This document shows positions 63,523 to 64,000 of a DNA stretch of 64,000 bases, piece by piece; the first letter of the stretch is position 1; the number at the start of each line of letters is the position of its first letter. Source of the DNA: an uncultured delta proteobacterium (GTDB lineage: Bacteria > Myxococcota_A > Polyangia > Fen-1088); the NCBI GenBank assembly GCA_963796685.1, contig CAWCMR010000025.1, forward strand, positions 896,001 through 960,000, read 5' to 3'. Position numbers and translations under genes: made by a program. The notes below the pieces were generated by a model that did not search any database, was not told the origin of the DNA, and was given only the letters and a program-made list of their open reading frames with translations.

Positions 63523-63687
63523 CAAGGAGATCGGCGACAAGCTCTATCCCGAGATCAAGCAGGACTACAACCACGTCGATGCCTGCACCATGTGGTTCGT
63601 CAAGCAGCCCGAATACTACGACGTCATCGTCACCGAGAACCTCTTCGGCGACATCATCACCGACCTCGCCGCCATCATCCAGGGCGG
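63523..63687 (+). pseudogene. leuB: Third, internal 165-bp fragment of leuB
   Basis: Colinear with 43628-43792 ('[55 protein letters not shown]'); 4 synonymous differences. Confidence 0.93.
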
Positions 63688-63839
63688 TGTTGCAACGGCA
63701 CATGCACCAAGTGCATGGGCCCACCGCGCCTCATCGCGCTCTCTGGCTGTCCCTGAGGCGGCTGTGCGGCCGATCTCATTCCCTGCCCGAGGAGAAGCAC
63801 CTCGCCGGATCGTGGCGCGAGTCTACTGGTATCATACTG

Positions 63840-64000
63840 ATGATGCGCGTTGCGGTTGACTCTGTCTGGGTTCTGGCCCTGCTCTGCGGAGCGGGACTTG
63901 GTTGCGGGAGCAGTGCAGGTGGCTCCCTCGGGGATGCAGCTCAGCTCCTCGATGGCCCAACCTGGTCGGGCGGTTCTGGAGGCATGGGTGGCACGGGTGA
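63840..64000 (+). CDS. 5' end of a Gly-rich lipoprotein (runs off the window)
   Basis: '[28 protein letters not shown]...[10 protein letters not shown]'. Confidence 0.55.
   Translation, partial: MMRVAVDSVWVLALLCGAGLGCGSSAGGSLGDAAQLLDGPTWSGGSGGMGGTG

Noticed and set aside
44082-64000. Integrase, recombinase or prophage genes explaining the islands
   Set aside because: I found no tyrosine or serine recombinase, terminase or capsid motifs in the ORF track; only a short IS91-type remnant.

Overview
This is a high-GC bacterial chromosome segment. The gene content (DUF2169 genes, a Cys-rich Pal-like lipoprotein, Gly-rich lipoproteins, many multiheme cytochromes) suggests an anaerobic or microaerobic Myxococcota/Deltaproteobacterium; that is an inference. 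Bases 1-44081 are mostly core genes: pepF, prfA, rpmE, an Omp85 protein, two multiheme cytochrome c + cytochrome b modules with an M56 peptidase and a NarL-type two-component system, a CheR/CheB hybrid-kinase module, adk, rubrerythrin, lysA, pal/cpoB, dedA and leuB. Several families of palindromic intergenic repeats lie between them. From 44082 on, the DNA is accessory and is punctuated by two extra copies of leuB sequence (569 bp at 55614-56182, 165 bp at 63523-63687) that differ almost only at synonymous sites, and I see no integrase. The first leuB-bounded cassette is a defence island. It holds an IetAS-like AAA ATPase/subtilase pair, a strict 22-bp-period repeat array, and a two-gene operon. 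That operon encodes an MmeI-like DNA methyltransferase whose nuclease motif looks degenerate, then a ~1090-aa fusion of 3 Zn-ribbons, an SF2 helicase and an Rrp8/NML-like RNA methyltransferase. It is the best candidate here for an undescribed system. The second cassette holds an orphan T6SS-tip-like DUF2169 cluster, an IS91-type remnant and a GH8 lipoprotein. Many genes carry single-base frameshifts that look like long-read consensus errors. All family assignments come from motif recognition by eye, not database searches.
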